A DNA stretch of 64,000 bases from Octopus sinensis. Its lineage: Eukaryota. Shown here in pieces: positions 1 to 12,933 of the stretch. Every line of letters begins with the position of its first letter. Positions within the stretch are counted from its first letter, which is position 1. The translations under genes were made by a program, and so were the position numbers. Below the pieces are notes generated by a model. The model did no database searches and had not been told where the DNA came from. It saw only the letters and a program-made list of their open reading frames with translations. The stretch is taken from assembly GCF_006345805.1 (NCBI RefSeq), contig NC_042999.1, positions 26,288,001-26,352,000 on the forward strand, written 5' to 3'.

Positions 1-1312
1 CAATAGAGAACTAGAAAACTTAAATGAATGTCATTATCTGCTAATAGGAATCACAGAATTATAGTATACAGATTTAGTATATAACGCATTCCATGCATTG
101 AAAGCTAATGGTGAATATCGTAAAGTTCCAGATGAGCTAAGACCACCAACCGTTTTATATTCTAGGTATAGAAGCTAATTTACTTTTATACCCAGTACTC
201 CGAAGAGTATAATAAAGAGAAAACTTAAACGTCATAATCTTGCAATTCTACCTAAAATTACCAAATGGTACATCCTAGCATTCGAAGAAAGGAAGTGGAG
301 TTGATGTTCTATCGATTGTGCCACGCCCAAAACATCTTATACAGAAATATCATTGTGATTGATTTTGATTAAAGAATAAAGTATAAATACAAGCAGTTTG
401 AACTGAGTCATATTATATAACTGATACTATATTTATTATAGTTTCTTCATTCTTCAAACTATAACCAGCAAATTTATTCCCGGGTTAGTCAATATTAAAA
501 GAATGAAATACTGTCTGTTATAACACACATACATGCATTGATTTCTATCACTATGAGCACAAAGATCCAATTGTTCTGGAAGCGTATAACGGTTATAACG
601 ACACTCGAAGCTGACAAATTCTATATTTCATTAACCCCAGAAGGTTGAAAGACTATGTTGAATTTGCATGAATTCATGTATTATAAAGCAGTTTGTAAAA
701 CGTATTTTAAGCCTATCATCATATACATAGTAATCTAAATGTAATCGAATCACTTTTACAAGCTAGACCACATTAAAACCAATTGAAATTATCGGTCATT
801 GATAATGAAACAATGAGAGAATAACAAAATCAACGAAACAATATTTACTTATTTATTCCTATTTCGCTGTTTTATGCATACACAATGATACAGTCTTATT
901 AAAAGGAAGAATCGATCGAAAATTGATTGAGATAACACAATAAGACAATACATGATTTACAGATGAGCACAAAACAAAGAAGTTGTGATCAGCTGTTAGT
1001 GCTAAGTCCTTTCTGATTTCATCTCACATATATACAACAGTAGAGTCGCTGTATGTGCAATATATGGTAGCAATAACATTCACAGTTGCACTTTACATTC
1101 TGCTGGGACAAAGGTCAATTTACATTTTGTATTCAATGAAACAAGATGGAATAGCACGGGATTGTTTTACTTTCTGGTACAGATCTACTGAACAGAGCTG
1201 ATCTAGCGTTAAAGATCATGATATCGCCTCCAACACCACAACTGATTCCAGTGATCCGCCGCCACACGCCACTGCCTTCAGGACAGCAGAGAATCAATTA
1301 TAATAATGGCGA

Positions 1313-1397
<85 letters not shown>

Positions 1398-1398
1398 G

Positions 1399-1469
<71 letters not shown>

Positions 1470-1657
1470 GGTGGTAGTGGTGGTGGTGGTAGTAGTAGTA
1501 GTGGTAGTAGTGGTAGTGGTGGTTGTAGTAGTAGTAGTAGTGGTAGTAGTAGTAGTGGTTGTAGTAGTAGTAGTAGTAGTAGTATAACATGAATGATATA
1601 GTAGTAGTTGCAGCAGTAGTAGCAACAGCAGCAGCAGTAGTGGTAGTAGTAGTAGTA

Positions 1658-1710
<53 letters not shown>

Positions 1711-1726
1711 ATAGTAGTAATAGTAG
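1313..1726. repeat. (AGT)n/(GGT)n compound trinucleotide microsatellite
   Basis: Direct reading; explains the poly-S/V/T/L/Y ORFs at 1218-1742. Confidence 0.97.
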
Positions 1727-1840
1727 TTTCAAATTTTAACACAAGGCCAAAATTTTCGGGGAAAGGGATAAGTAGATTACATTGAACCCAGTACTCAACT
1801 GGTACTTATCTTATCGTCTCCAAAATGACGAAAGGCAAAG
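1727..1840 (-). mobile_element. SINE family 2, 3' fragment
   Basis: CCCAGTACTCAACTGGTACTTATC..TATCG..GAAAGGCAAAG is the reverse complement of the family-2 body at 34645 and 29969. Confidence 0.7.
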
Positions 1841-1913
1841 ACGAACTCTGCAGAACCAAAAGAAGGACGAAATGCTGCTAAGCATTTTGCCCAGTTTGCT
1901 GTGTAGTAGTAGC

Positions 1914-1954
<41 letters not shown>

Positions 1955-1968
1955 TAATAATAATAATG

Positions 1969-2002
<34 letters not shown>

Positions 2003-2068
2003 TAATAGTTGTAGCAGTAGTAATAGTAGTAATATCAAGAAGAAGAGAAGAACAAGAACAACAACAAC

Positions 2069-2111
<43 letters not shown>

Positions 2112-2172
2112 GTAACAGTAATAGTAATAGTATTAGTAATAGTAATAGTAATAATGATGATGATGATGATGA
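1914..2172. repeat. (AAT)n/(GAT)n microsatellite
   Basis: Direct reading. Confidence 0.95.
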
Positions 2173-3345
2173 TGACAAATAATAATTTATTAATTTCTTC
2201 TTGCTTTTCAAACACGCAAATATTCCTTTTTGGTATTCAGGACAATTAAAAGCACCTCCAAATTTGAAAACGCAGAACACTTTCCAGATTTGGGTTTGCA
2301 TTTGAAGTGTTGCATCATATCAAGCCTCGTCACATGGTTAAATGAGTAGTTCATTCAAATCCTATCATATATCTATCACATATGGATAACAAGTTGCAAA
2401 CCTGAAGGTGGTGAATGTACCACCAAAAGAAGTTATCTTGAAACTGGTTGTTACATTTTTTTCCGAATGATTAAGATCAGGCAGGTTTAGACCTTCACTA
2501 AATGCGCTAAGAAAATGTGTTGGTTAAAGATATGGAGACAAAAGAACCAAGATTAAAGTGAAGCTATACCAAAATTAAGGAAACTGGAACTTTTTAATAG
2601 TGACTGTAGAGGTACAAATCCTTAGTTTTACATTCGTGGCTTGACTTAGCAATTTTCTGTCCACAGCTGCGAGCAAATCAAATATGAACACCATTGAAGA
2701 CAAGGCCAGAACCCGTTTTCCAGCGTCTAATACAATATTTAAAAAAATAGCTTCTCTTGAAATACAAGAGTAGCGGTAACTATTGAAGTAACCGAATCAA
2801 CGAAAAGAACATCTGGAAACTTCATGAGATCAACAAAAGCAACAGAAGAACAACATTGTTCAATATCAATATAAGTGTCTCTCAAACCAATGTTGATACC
2901 TTCCGCACAAAGGTCTTGATAAATTATGGATGCTGAAACGTAGCAATGCAGGCCAGTGATGTTGTTGCTTGGCAGTGCAGATCGCAAATGATGTGAAAAA
3001 CAGACAAGCCTGGCCTTCAATGCTATCAGAGGCTGATGACATTGCCGTTGCTGGATAAAGTGACCATTCCAAAATGGACGTGGAGAAAGAAAACCGTGCT
3101 ACACGTATTAGACCAGTATCTGAACACTGATGCTTTGTGTGATTTTGTCGAGTAGTCCTTATCACACTTTGTACTGATCCATATATCAGTTGAATCTCTC
3201 GGGAAGATTGATCCACTGATTTTCTTTGCTTAGTAAAGTCATATTATTTCCCCCGGTCTAATCACCATGGTGATAGAATATGTGTTATGGAAGAGACTGA
3301 AAGTAAGACAGACATTGTTTTTCGGTGGTCAAATTCTCACAAACA

Positions 3346-3504
3346 TTTTCAAGTTTCACTTGTGCCTAAATTTTCAACAAATTTACTGGATAACGCTGCC
3401 TCCCTTTCTATCCTGATATTCCTTTCGAAGTGAAACTTGAAAACGTATCAGGATAGAAAGGGAGGTAGCGTTATCCAGTAAATTTGTTGAAAATTTAGGC
3501 ACAA
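3346..3504. repeat. Local inverted duplication (A-B-A'-B')
   Basis: 3360-3418 is the reverse complement of 3446-3504 (1 mismatch); 3346-3361 is the reverse complement of 3428-3443. Confidence 0.92.
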
Positions 3505-3559
3505 TAACGACTTTTCTTTCGAGGGAAAAGGAGTATTTTGAGCATGCTCTTATAGCTCA

Positions 3560-4330
3560 GTATTCATGTATGAAAGAGTCCACTCACTCTTAGTCGGCAG
3601 CACCTTTAAATTTTTATGGCATTCTCCTTGATTTCTGATTTTTATTATGTAATGTTTTTCTCCTCTTAATCGACATTTGTAAACCCGTACCCTTTGTCAG
3701 CAATTGTGGTTCTCTTTATTAATAGCATTATTATTATATTCCATCGATGTTGACTTTCCCTTCCATGTTTTTGGGGCCCTATGGCCCTGCATAAGTACCA
3801 ATTGAATATTTTGGACGATGTAATTGACAAGCTCTCTCCCTTAAAATTTCAGGTCTTGTGCCTATAGTAGAAAGAATATTATTATATTTATAATTGTTGA
3901 TCTTGTAGAGTTTGTATTTACGTAAACATGTATTGAATCCCAGAATAACTTTTAAGTGTTTATTATTATTTGTGGAAAACTAGAAGTTAGATGGATTTTC
4001 TTTGTTTTTTGATCTGTCTCACCACAGATATACTTGAAATTGCAACTTCTCATTGTTTACCAACACACCGACATTGTCTACAAAGTGATATTTTGCAGAG
4101 CTATCTCCTTGGATATAGCACTGTCCAAAAATTGGTTTCATCATCCATCATTTTTATATGTTCCTAAGTGTAAATAATTCCACGCTATTGTGAGTAAATG
4201 CAGAAAAAATTTCCCTGGGGGGAATCATTGATATGAATAGGAATAAATAATAGAATGTTCTTTCATTTTATCTGGTAAATTCACTTTACCGTGGCGTAAT
4301 TGATATGAGTGAACCAAATAAATATCTTCC
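3560..4330 (-). mobile_element. Highly decayed R4/Dong-like RT C-terminal remnant
   Basis: Minus-strand peptides FKYICGETDQKTK and LHRPKYSIGTYAGP resemble the YKYLG and HPK..RLY.PR..GGRG motifs; many stops and frameshifts. Confidence 0.35.
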
Positions 4331-5255
4331 GGACAGGCAGTGTTAGCTATCTTTTAAACGCATGAGTTTGCAACGTTTTCTACACAGACTGGGAAATCGT
4401 CAAACGATGATAGTACTGAGCACAGAAATTCATTACAAATCAATATTGATCGCAGTACATAATTGATCTCTGAATAAGATACAATTTAGGCATGCTTTTA
4501 TGATGTTAACTTTTTTAGCGTTTCAACCCAACTGAAAAATCCTCTGGTGCATATCCTCCTTCAAACGACGGAGATTATTTCTAAAACTGCTTGAGGATAT
4601 CAGGTATGTTTTGATCATGTGTTTCCTCAAATGCGAAAGAATAGATTATTGATTTGATATTTGAAAGAAAACAAAAGCTACATTATTAGTCTTTTAACAA
4701 ATGTATTATCAATAACGAAAACCAAAACTAAAATAAAAATAAAACAAGTACTATGTTACAGTTTTAGTCAAACATGTTTTCTACTTAATTATTATTGTTA
4801 ATTATGGCGCAAAAGCAAATTATCAGTCCGGTGGATGATTTGTAAAAGACAATGTTCGCCAAATGCTATTCAAAATACTTGTTAGTAATTTTTGTACTTC
4901 AAAATGTTATCAATTGTTTTTATTCTTGATGCAGATTCAAAGGGATTTTCCACTTCCCAAGTTACAGCTAACATTACTAAACAAACAAATATTATTCCAA
5001 ACACTAATGTTTAAATCTACGCTTGAGTCCTACATAGTGAAAATCTCTCATTGAATATGGGATACAGAGACGACATATTTAAGAGTGTCATACTGAATTT
5101 AATGCAAATTGTACATAAATTTTGATATTAACAGCGGTCGATCTGCAAACTTAAATATTGGTCGAGATTTTGTCTATTGCATTAGATTCTCAGGTTATTT
5201 ATTGCTAACAAGTAATACCTTCAGAAATAAATTATGTACTATCTTAGAGATCTAG

Positions 5256-6210
5256 ATGAAGGGAGTGTGCACGTTATCCGATATTTATACTAGGCGACTG
5301 GTTGTTTCAGAAGATAACATTATCGATAAGAACAATATGCATAGAAGGATGAAAAAAGTAAGGAAAGGAAAAGCTGTATTGATGAGAAACCTAGCAGTAG
5401 GAGGATATCAACTTCAACCACTGAGAGTAATCACTAACCTCTGTTCAAATTGATGTGCGCTGACAAACGAGTCAAAATCCGTGAGTTTGCGGCACAGTTG
5501 GACTGCGGATGGCAGGCATTACAGGCGATAGCTGAAAACCTCCGGTATAAGAAAGTGTGTGTAAAATTAATGCTTTGGTAGTAGACACACCATCTGATTG
5601 CCAGAAACGGCGAAGTCTACTAGAAGCGTTTGAAGCTGATGAAGACAACTTTTTTTTCCGAATCTATTATTGGATGAACCACGACCGTGACCTTTTCATC
5701 TAGAAATGAAGGCTTAGTCCATAGAAAGACGTCACATACCCTCTCTACGGCCTAAGCAACATATAAGTAAATGATCAACGCAGAAAGTCAAAATGTCTTT
5801 TTTCTGGAGGAATGAAAACCTTCAGCTTTACTCTATGAATTGTTGTAGCAGGATCAGAGAACGGTACAAGGGGATTTTCAAAAGGCTTTTAACGGCCATG
5901 GCGATGAAGAAACCGCAGAAGAATCTGGAAATGGTCCAAATAAGCAATCATACACATCTTTCGGAAAATTGTGTAAACCACTGGGCAGACCACTGGTCTT
6001 CTATCAGCTGTACAGTTCGGATTTCGTTTCCTTAGCCCTACGCCTGTTGGTCCGACTAAAAGAAAGAAACCTAAAACATAGATGTTATGACAAGCATGAC
6101 CTGAATATGATCTTGAAAATGTCGGTAGAACAGCGTCAGTCCGAAAATCTTCAAATTCCTTTTTACATCGGTGCAAATACATTGTTTGTGATAAAGACTA
6201 GTCAGAGGTA
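5256..6210 (+). mobile_element. Decayed mariner transposase
   Basis: Peptides DKRVKIREFAAQL..LRYKKVC (DRRITVRE..GYRKVC), LLEAFEADEDNFF and YSSDFVSL..LKE (YSPDLAP..LKE); interrupted by stops. Confidence 0.7.
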
Positions 6211-7424
6211 ATTTTGCGTAAAGGAAGAGTTACACTTACGTTACGTTCAAATTAAACTACCTACGATAGTTAATAAAAAATTAAAGACAACTTTCGCATT
6301 AATTTCAGTGTTTGTGATATGTCAAAATCACTTAGTGACTTACTTAGTAAGATAAATTAGATTTTGTGTCCTCACGCTATTGCTGTGAAGATTTAGGAAG
6401 CCTACATAATTTATCACCGAGCCACTTCCTTTTTCAATATTGTCTGAATACCCAAACGGATAAGATTTCAAATCAATAAAGTTTCATGGAAAAATAGCAC
6501 TTTTTGTGACCAGGTCGATATCATATAACTATCTATTTTAATGTATATAGTCCACTTAATCGCACCAAAATCCTTCACAAAAACAAAATTCTCTATATTA
6601 TTATATAATCCATCGTATTAATCGGAATCAGAAATCGTCCCTTGCAATTTTGACTCTCGTTCTGCTATCAATATGCAGTAAATCCTCTTTGATTATTCTC
6701 GTTCTTATTAATAAGAAATCAATGACACTTTTTGACAAGTAGAGCCAAGGACTATTTGAATATCATTTTGAGGTGATCACCCTGATTATTCACGTGAATA
6801 AGCACTTGAATATATCTTGTCACAAATGAACCAATAGCGCATTGTCGTGTAGTTTCATTAAAACATACAGAGTCTCCATTTGCAGCAACCTTTTCTCACA
6901 CAGTATCGTATTTCAATATATTATATCAAGTGTAATATGTAAGATAAATCATAGAAAGGATAATGCAGCAAAACAAAAGAAAGCAATATGATCTACTTGT
7001 CATTTGATAGTTAATAATTGTCTTGTTCGAGTAGAGCATCCAATTCCAAAGTTGACGATTTACAATTAATGTTTCTGAAATGGTGTGTCATTAAAATTCC
7101 TTCTCCATTCAATCCTGGCGATTAACTTGATCAATAATTAATGCAACATGAGATTTACACTATTTATATATCACTGGACTATGCCTGATTTTATATCTGA
7201 GAGAGTCAAGAATCTATAATCCAAATGGAAAAAATTAACATCAGGAAAATCGAGCAACTATGATAATAGTATAAATATAAAAATATATGAAACACACAGA
7301 CATATACACGTACATACATACACAAATACGCACGCGCGTACACACACAGGCACACCCACACACACACACATATATATGTATGTATGTATGTATATGTGTG
7401 TGTGCGTGTGTGTATACATATGTA

Positions 7425-7700
7425 CAAATGTTGGACAAAATAATGGAAACACCTTAAAATTTCAAACAAATTTATATTAATTTGGGGTAGGACCGACTTT
7501 GGCAGTAATTACAGCTTGAATTCTACGAGATATGGATTTGTACAAAGTTAGAATTGTTTCCAAAGGATTATTTTGTCCGTTCTTCAGCTAAAACAGTCTC
7601 CAGTTCTTGTAGTGATGATGGTGGAGGATATCGACTCCTTATTTGTTTTTCGAAAATGCACCATAAATATTTAGGATTAAGAAGCCAAGATAAACAAGCT
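7425..7700 (-). mobile_element. Tc1 transposon 3' end with TIR
   Basis: Minus strand reads YLWCIFEKQIRSRYPPPSSLQELETVLAEE..LYKSISRRIQAVITAKVGPTPN*; TA followed by TIR-like CAAATGTTGGACAAAATAATGGAAACACC at 7423-7451. Confidence 0.8.
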
Positions 7701-8158
7701 TATTTTCTGGAGATCAGGACAGTAGACTACATGCGTTCCTGTTATATTAGATGTCATTACCAAATCAATACGAGATATGTTGAAAATGTGCATAATTTCA
7801 AAGATGATTAAGTAAGAGAGAATATGTGAGGGAGCCAGTGGCGATAGGATAGAGAAGTATATGTAGGAAATTATTATTCACATTCAAAAAATAGACCTTA
7901 TTTATTTACTAAAGTGGGATTTATTTTGAGAGGAGTTAAACAAATACCCAGCAGCAACGATGACGGCCGATTTCGAATGACATGTGGAAACAATCTCAAG
8001 GAATCAACAACTCTCTAATATTAAAAGGCCAATACGCGCCATGAATTCTTTTTCCTTTCTTAAGCAAAGATTCATTCACGCAGTTTTGTGTCTCAACAGT
8101 GATCGTTAACGCCGCTCTTGTCCTATCTTACTACAGCCGCTCACACATTGCGAGTGAG

Positions 8159-8231
<73 letters not shown>

Positions 8232-8232
<1 letters not shown>

Positions 8233-8452
8233 TGTTGTGTCTAAGGAGAGTCATTCTCTTTTAGTGCCTTATTACTTAACACACTCACCGGTAAAATTAT
8301 ACTTATTTCTTATCTTTATTTTCTAAACTTTTCGTTGCGTCTTGCAACCTTTTCAATATTCTTGACTGTTGAAAATTTAAGTGGAAATTTTACCGGTGAG
8401 TGTGTTCAATAATAAGGCACTAAAAGAGAATGACTCTCCCCAGACACAACAG
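8232..8452 (-). mobile_element. Short fold-back element (67-bp inverted ends) with decayed HHR
   Basis: 8232-8298 vs 8386-8452 inverted, about 4 mismatches; left end abuts (TA)n; internal minus-strand UUGAAAA-G-GUUGC-AAGAC-GCAAC-GAAA-AGUUU-A at 8324-8356. Confidence 0.7.
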
Positions 8453-8510
8453 AATATGCTTCACACACGAACTCATATAAAGAATCTTGCAAACCAAATC
8501 CCAAAACGAA

Positions 8511-8542
<32 letters not shown>

Positions 8543-9199
8543 CTGTGTGTGTTTGTGTGTGTACATGTGTGTGTGTGCGCGCGCACGGTCTATTTTAACT
8601 AAGCAATGATAACGAATTCAAGGTATGAAATAATATATGTGACGTAATTATACCACAAAACAAATTTCGAATATACCCATAAAAACTGTACCGCAGCATA
8701 ATATCATTTGAGTATTATACTAGCATGCAAGGTTCGACTTGTAAAGAAAGTCAACACGACAAGGAAAGGAATTCAGAATGTGGTGGATAGTTTTCAAAAC
8801 ATCGACTTCAATACGTCATAGGTATATATTAACTATTCGAATCTCAACGGTTAATTTCACCAATTCTGTATAAGTGATACTAATCATTAGATATTGTGAA
8901 ACGTTGAACGCAACCCTCTATATCTGTCTACTTTATACACATGAAACAGATAATCTTCGAATTTAGTGGTAGAATATGCTAATTTAAGAATGGCGGCAAA
9001 TGAGAAGAAAATCTGATTACGTAAACTGATAGGTAACTGTGTGGAGTGTTGGTCGAATTGGGCCCCAATAATATTCCAAAGATATTACTGCCATTGCTAT
9101 TCGCGCTATTCATTCTAACCTTATTGCCAGGTTATAATATCTGTATATATATATATATTTTAAAAAGGAGATGTGGAACACGAGTTGTGATATATAAAA

Positions 9200-9393
9200 A
9201 AAGGAAATGAAGAAAATGCTGACAAAATAATTTTTTTCTCTTAAGAGAAAAAATCTATCAGAAAGGAACTCTATCTCTCTTAAAAAATATCTTTTGATAA
9301 GCATAACAAATGCGCAACCGGTAAAAAGAACTTTCATCTAATTAAATACACTCTCCCTTACTTAAATTATTTTGTTAGCATTTTCTTCATTTC

Positions 9394-9397
<4 letters not shown>
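9200..9397 (+). mobile_element. Short fold-back element (34-bp inverted ends) with decayed HHR
   Basis: 9200-9233 vs 9364-9397 inverted, 1 mismatch; right end abuts (TA)n; internal UUGAUAA-GCAU-AACAA-AUGC-GCAA-CCGGU-A at 9294-9323. Confidence 0.7.
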
Positions 9398-9434
<37 letters not shown>

Positions 9435-9460
9435 CATGTATATATATAAACATATATATA

Positions 9461-9840
9461 TTACTCTTTTACTCTTTTACTTGTTTCAGTCATTTGACTG
9501 CGGCCATGCTGGAGCACCACCTTTAGTCGAGCAAATCGACCCCGGGACTTATTCTTTGTAAGCCCAGTACTTATTTTATCGGTCGCTTTTGACGGGGACG
9601 TAAACACACCAGCATCGGTTGTCAAGCAATGCTAGGGGGGACACACACAGACACACAAACATATACACACACATAAATATATATATATATATTTACATAT
9701 ATACGACAGGCGTCTTTCAGTTTCTGTCGGCCCGGGGCTATAGCTGAAGACACTTGCCCAAGATGCCACGGAGTGGAACTGAACCCGGAACCATGTAGTT
9801 GGTTAGCAAGCTACTTACCACACAGCCACTCCTGCGCCTA
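9461..9840 (-). mobile_element. tRNA-derived SINE family 1 (octopus OR/OK-type), full length
   Basis: Head TAGGCGCAGGAGTGGCTGTGTGG with B-box-like GGTTCAGTTCC, internal microsatellite, tail CAGTCAAATGACTGAAACAAGTAAAAGAGTAAAAGAG. Confidence 0.9.
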
Positions 9841-9870
9841 TAATATTTATTATTATTAAATAATAATAAA

Positions 9871-10117
9871 TGTGCCCTGTTAAAGCCTAGCCAGGCTCAT
9901 GGGCCTGGTTTCCCGGTTTCTACGGCGTATGTGTTCCCCAGCTGGACAGGACGCCAGTCCATCGCAGCATTACTCATTTTTGCCAGCTGAGTGGACTGGA
10001 GCAACGTGAAATGAAGTGTTTTGCTCAAAAATACAACGCGTCGCCCGGTCCAGGAATTGAAACCACAATCTTACGATCATGGTGCTGACACCCTAACCAC
10101 TAAGCCACACGCCTCCA
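9871..10117 (-). mobile_element. tRNA-derived SINE family 3
   Basis: Head TGGAGGCGTGTGGCTTAGTGGTTAGGGTG..GGTTTCAATTCC and central TTGAGCAAAACACTTCATTTCACGTTGCTCCAGTCCACTCAGCTG. Confidence 0.8.
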
Positions 10118-10126
10118 TATATATAT

Positions 10127-11064
10127 GAAAAATCAACTCAGGATAGAAAACGCTAAAATAATTTTATAAAGAACATTTCAGTACCGGTTTCAGTCATTGA
10201 GACCTTTGCAACTGTAACAATTAAATAATTAAATTTAGAAAAATTAAAAGAAAAGTTTTTAAAAGAAAATTTGTAAAGTGTTCAAATATAAGTGGCATTT
10301 TCTTTGTTTCTGCCTTTCTCTGTCTCTCTTGTTCGAGGTAAGTTCGAGATCGTTGTGAATTCTTGGTAGGGAAGAAGAAGAAGAAGAAGAAGAAGAAGAA
10401 GAAGAAGAAGAAGGAGGAGGAGGAGGAGAAGGGGGGGATGAAGACGAAGAATTTAGGAGTGCCTTGATTGTAGTATTTTGAATGTTCAGTGGAGGCTAGC
10501 AGTTGCTGTTCAATTCATGAAAATATTTCTATTGAAAGTTTTGTTTATAGAATTTGCGTAGGTGTTATACTAAAAAGTATTAGTGATAAAGTTAGGAAGG
10601 AGAAGGAAGGAGAAAGGGAAGAAGAAGAAGAAGAAGAAGAAGTAGAAGAAGATGAGGATGATGATGATGATAATGATGATGACGACGACGACGACGAGGA
10701 TAATGATGATGATGATGATGAAGAAGAAGAAGAAGAAGAAGAAGAAGAAGAAGAAAGAGAAGGGAGAATATGAATGAGTGAACGTAGTGAGGTGCTGGTT
10801 GACTTAAAGTTGGCACGCTAGGGATTATAGTAGTGATTGGGGCTGTGTTTGTTTTATTCTAAGGCCGAGGTAGATATATCGTTTGTCGTAGATGCGTTCA
10901 GAATGGGCCTGTATTTTGTAATAAAGAGAGATTCTTTACTAATTCGTTGGCTCCAGGTTGTATCGTCCCTGAATTGGTAGAGGGGAAAAGTCCTGAAGCT
11001 TGGAGTTTTGTTGTTGGCGCAAATATCTATGTTTTGACTGAATACTATTTTTCTGTTTTGGGGA
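10127..11064 (-). mobile_element. Penelope-like element 3' fragment (GIY-YIG C-terminus, low-complexity 3' region, HHR, tail)
   Basis: ORF 10854-11093(-) contains RISKESLFITKYRPILN, matching the PLE endonuclease end (E.L.I...P.LN); same-strand HHR at 10179-10214; flanked by (TA)n. Confidence 0.65.
10179..10214 (-). ncRNA. Minimal type I hammerhead ribozyme, U3-A8 variant, degenerate (A6>C)
   Basis: CAG-UUGCAAA-GGUC-UCAAU-GACU-GAAA-CCGGU-A-CUG: stem I CAG/CUG, stem II GGUC/GACU, palindromic stem III ACCGGU, GUA site. Confidence 0.65.
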
Positions 11065-11242
11065 ATATATATATATATATATATATATACCAATTAAGGA
11101 CTGAACACGAAAAGTGGACAGTCAACATGCTAGATATAGACGTCAAATCGCCATTCACCACAAAAGATTATGTTCTCAGATCAAACTCAACACAAAACCA
11201 TAGCAATAAACAAGTGAAAAATATACGAAATAAAATAATTAC

Positions 11243-11306
11243 CCATGTACTAAATTAGTTTCAGCTGTATTTTCCGCAAGGAAAACTGCAGCCATCATCA
11301 GCATGG
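11243..11306 (-). ncRNA. Type I hammerhead ribozyme with intact core
   Basis: CCAUG-CUGAUGA-U-GGCUG-CAG-UUUUCC-UUGC-GGAAAA-UA-CAGCU-GAAA-CUAA-U-UUAGU-A-CAUGG: 5-bp stem I, extended stem II, palindromic stem III, GUA site. Confidence 0.85.
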
Positions 11307-11860
11307 TCCGTTATAAATGTAATTTGCTGGACTAGATGCAAACACGATACCGAAATATCGCGTGCATGAGTTCAGCCTATTACATTTGAATATATCTTTC
11401 AAATGCCTTTACTTTGGCGCGTTGGAACCCGAGAAAACTAGACTGCAGCTAATAATTAGCAGCAGTTATTTATCGGTTAGAGAATATATTTATTTATATA
11501 AAATTAATTAAGGGTAGAAATTGATATTTATCAATTAAGACCAGTGGTCTAGCATATTAAAAAAGAATCCGAAGATTAAAATATTTATATATACCAATTA
11601 AGGACTGAACACGAAAAGACCACTGGTCTTAATTGATAAATATCAATTTCTACCCTTAATTAATTTTATATAAATAAATATGTTCTCTAACCGATAAATT
11701 AACTGCTGCTAATTATTAGCTGCAGTCTAGTTTTCTCGGGTTCCAACGCGCCAAAGTAAAGGCATTTGAAAGATATATTCAAATGTAATAGGCTGAACTC
11801 CATGCACGCGATATTCGGTATCGTGTTTGCATCTAGTCCAGCAATTACATTTATAACGGA

Positions 11861-11925
11861 CCATGCTGATGACGGCTGCAGTTTTCCTTGCGGAAAATAA
11901 CGGCTAAAACTAATTTAGTACATGG
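11861..11925 (+). ncRNA. HHR array copy 1 (G12>A, predicted inactive)
   Basis: Same fold as 11243-11306, but GCUAAAAC replaces GCUGAAAC. Confidence 0.75.
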
Positions 11926-12363
11926 GTAATTATTTTATTTCGTATATTTTTCACTTGTTTATTGCTATGGTTTTGTGTTGAGTTTGATCTGAGAACATAA
12001 TCTTTTGTGGTGAATGGCGATTTGACGTCTATATCTAGCATGTTGACTGTCCACTTTTCGTGTTCAGTCCTTAATTGGTATATATAAAAATTTTAATCTT
12101 CGGATTCTTTTTTAATATGCTAGACCACTGGTCTTAATTGATAATATCAATTTCTAACCCTTAATTAATTTTATATAAATAATATGTTCTCTAACCGATA
12201 AATTAACTGCTGCTAATTATTAGCTGCATCTATTTTTCTCGGGTTCCAACGCGCCAAGTAAGGCATTTGAAAGATATATTCAAATGTAATTGGCTGAACT
12301 CCATGCACGCGATATTTCGGTATCGTGTTTGCATCTAGTCCAGCAAATTACATTTATAACGGA

Positions 12364-12428
12364 CCATGCTGATGATGGCTGCAGTTTTCCTTGCGGAAAA
12401 TAACGGCTAAAACTAATTTAGTACATGG
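12364..12428 (+). ncRNA. HHR array copy 2 (G12>A, predicted inactive)
   Basis: Same as copy 1, 503 bp downstream. Confidence 0.75.
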
Positions 12429-12867
12429 GTAATTATTTTATTTCGTTATTTTTCACTTGTTTATTGCTATGGTTTTGTGTTGAGTTTGATCTGAGAACAT
12501 AATCTTTTGTGGTGAATGGCGATTTGACGTCTATATCTAGCATGTTGACTGTCCACTTTTGTGTTCAGTCCTTATTGGTATAATAAATATTTTAATCTTC
12601 GGATTCTTTTTTAATATGCTAGACCACATGGTCTTAATTGATAAATATCAATTTCTACCCTTAATTAATTTTATATAAATAAATATGTTCTCTAACCGAT
12701 AAATTAACTGCTGCTAATTATTAGCTGCAGTCTAGTTTTCTCGGGTTCCAACGCGCCAAAGTAAAGGCATTTGAAAGATATATTCAAATGTAATTGGCTG
12801 ACTCCCATGCACGAGATATTTCGGTATCGTGTTTGCATCTAGTCCAGCAAATTACATTTATAACGGA

Positions 12868-12933
12868 CCACTGATGATGATGGCTGCAGTTTTCCTTGCG
12901 GAAAATAACAGCTGAAACTAATTTAGTACATGG
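12868..12933 (+). ncRNA. HHR array copy 3 (GAAA intact, 5' stem I and core junction scrambled)
   Basis: CCACUGAUGAUGAUGGCUG instead of CCAUGCUGAUGAUGGCUG; the rest of the fold is intact. Confidence 0.7.

Noticed and set aside
40-340. Possible Tc1 HTH remnant (IKRKLKRHNL)
   Set aside because: Too short and degenerate to call.
2640-3240. ADDIAV (RT YADD-like) and ED*STD (hAT DESTD-like) motifs
   Set aside because: Isolated motifs with wrong spacing and many stops; no family can be supported.
9790-10117. tRNA genes at SINE heads (also 47290-47354, 49910-49980)
   Set aside because: They have A/B-box-like motifs but no full cloverleaf and are joined to SINE bodies.
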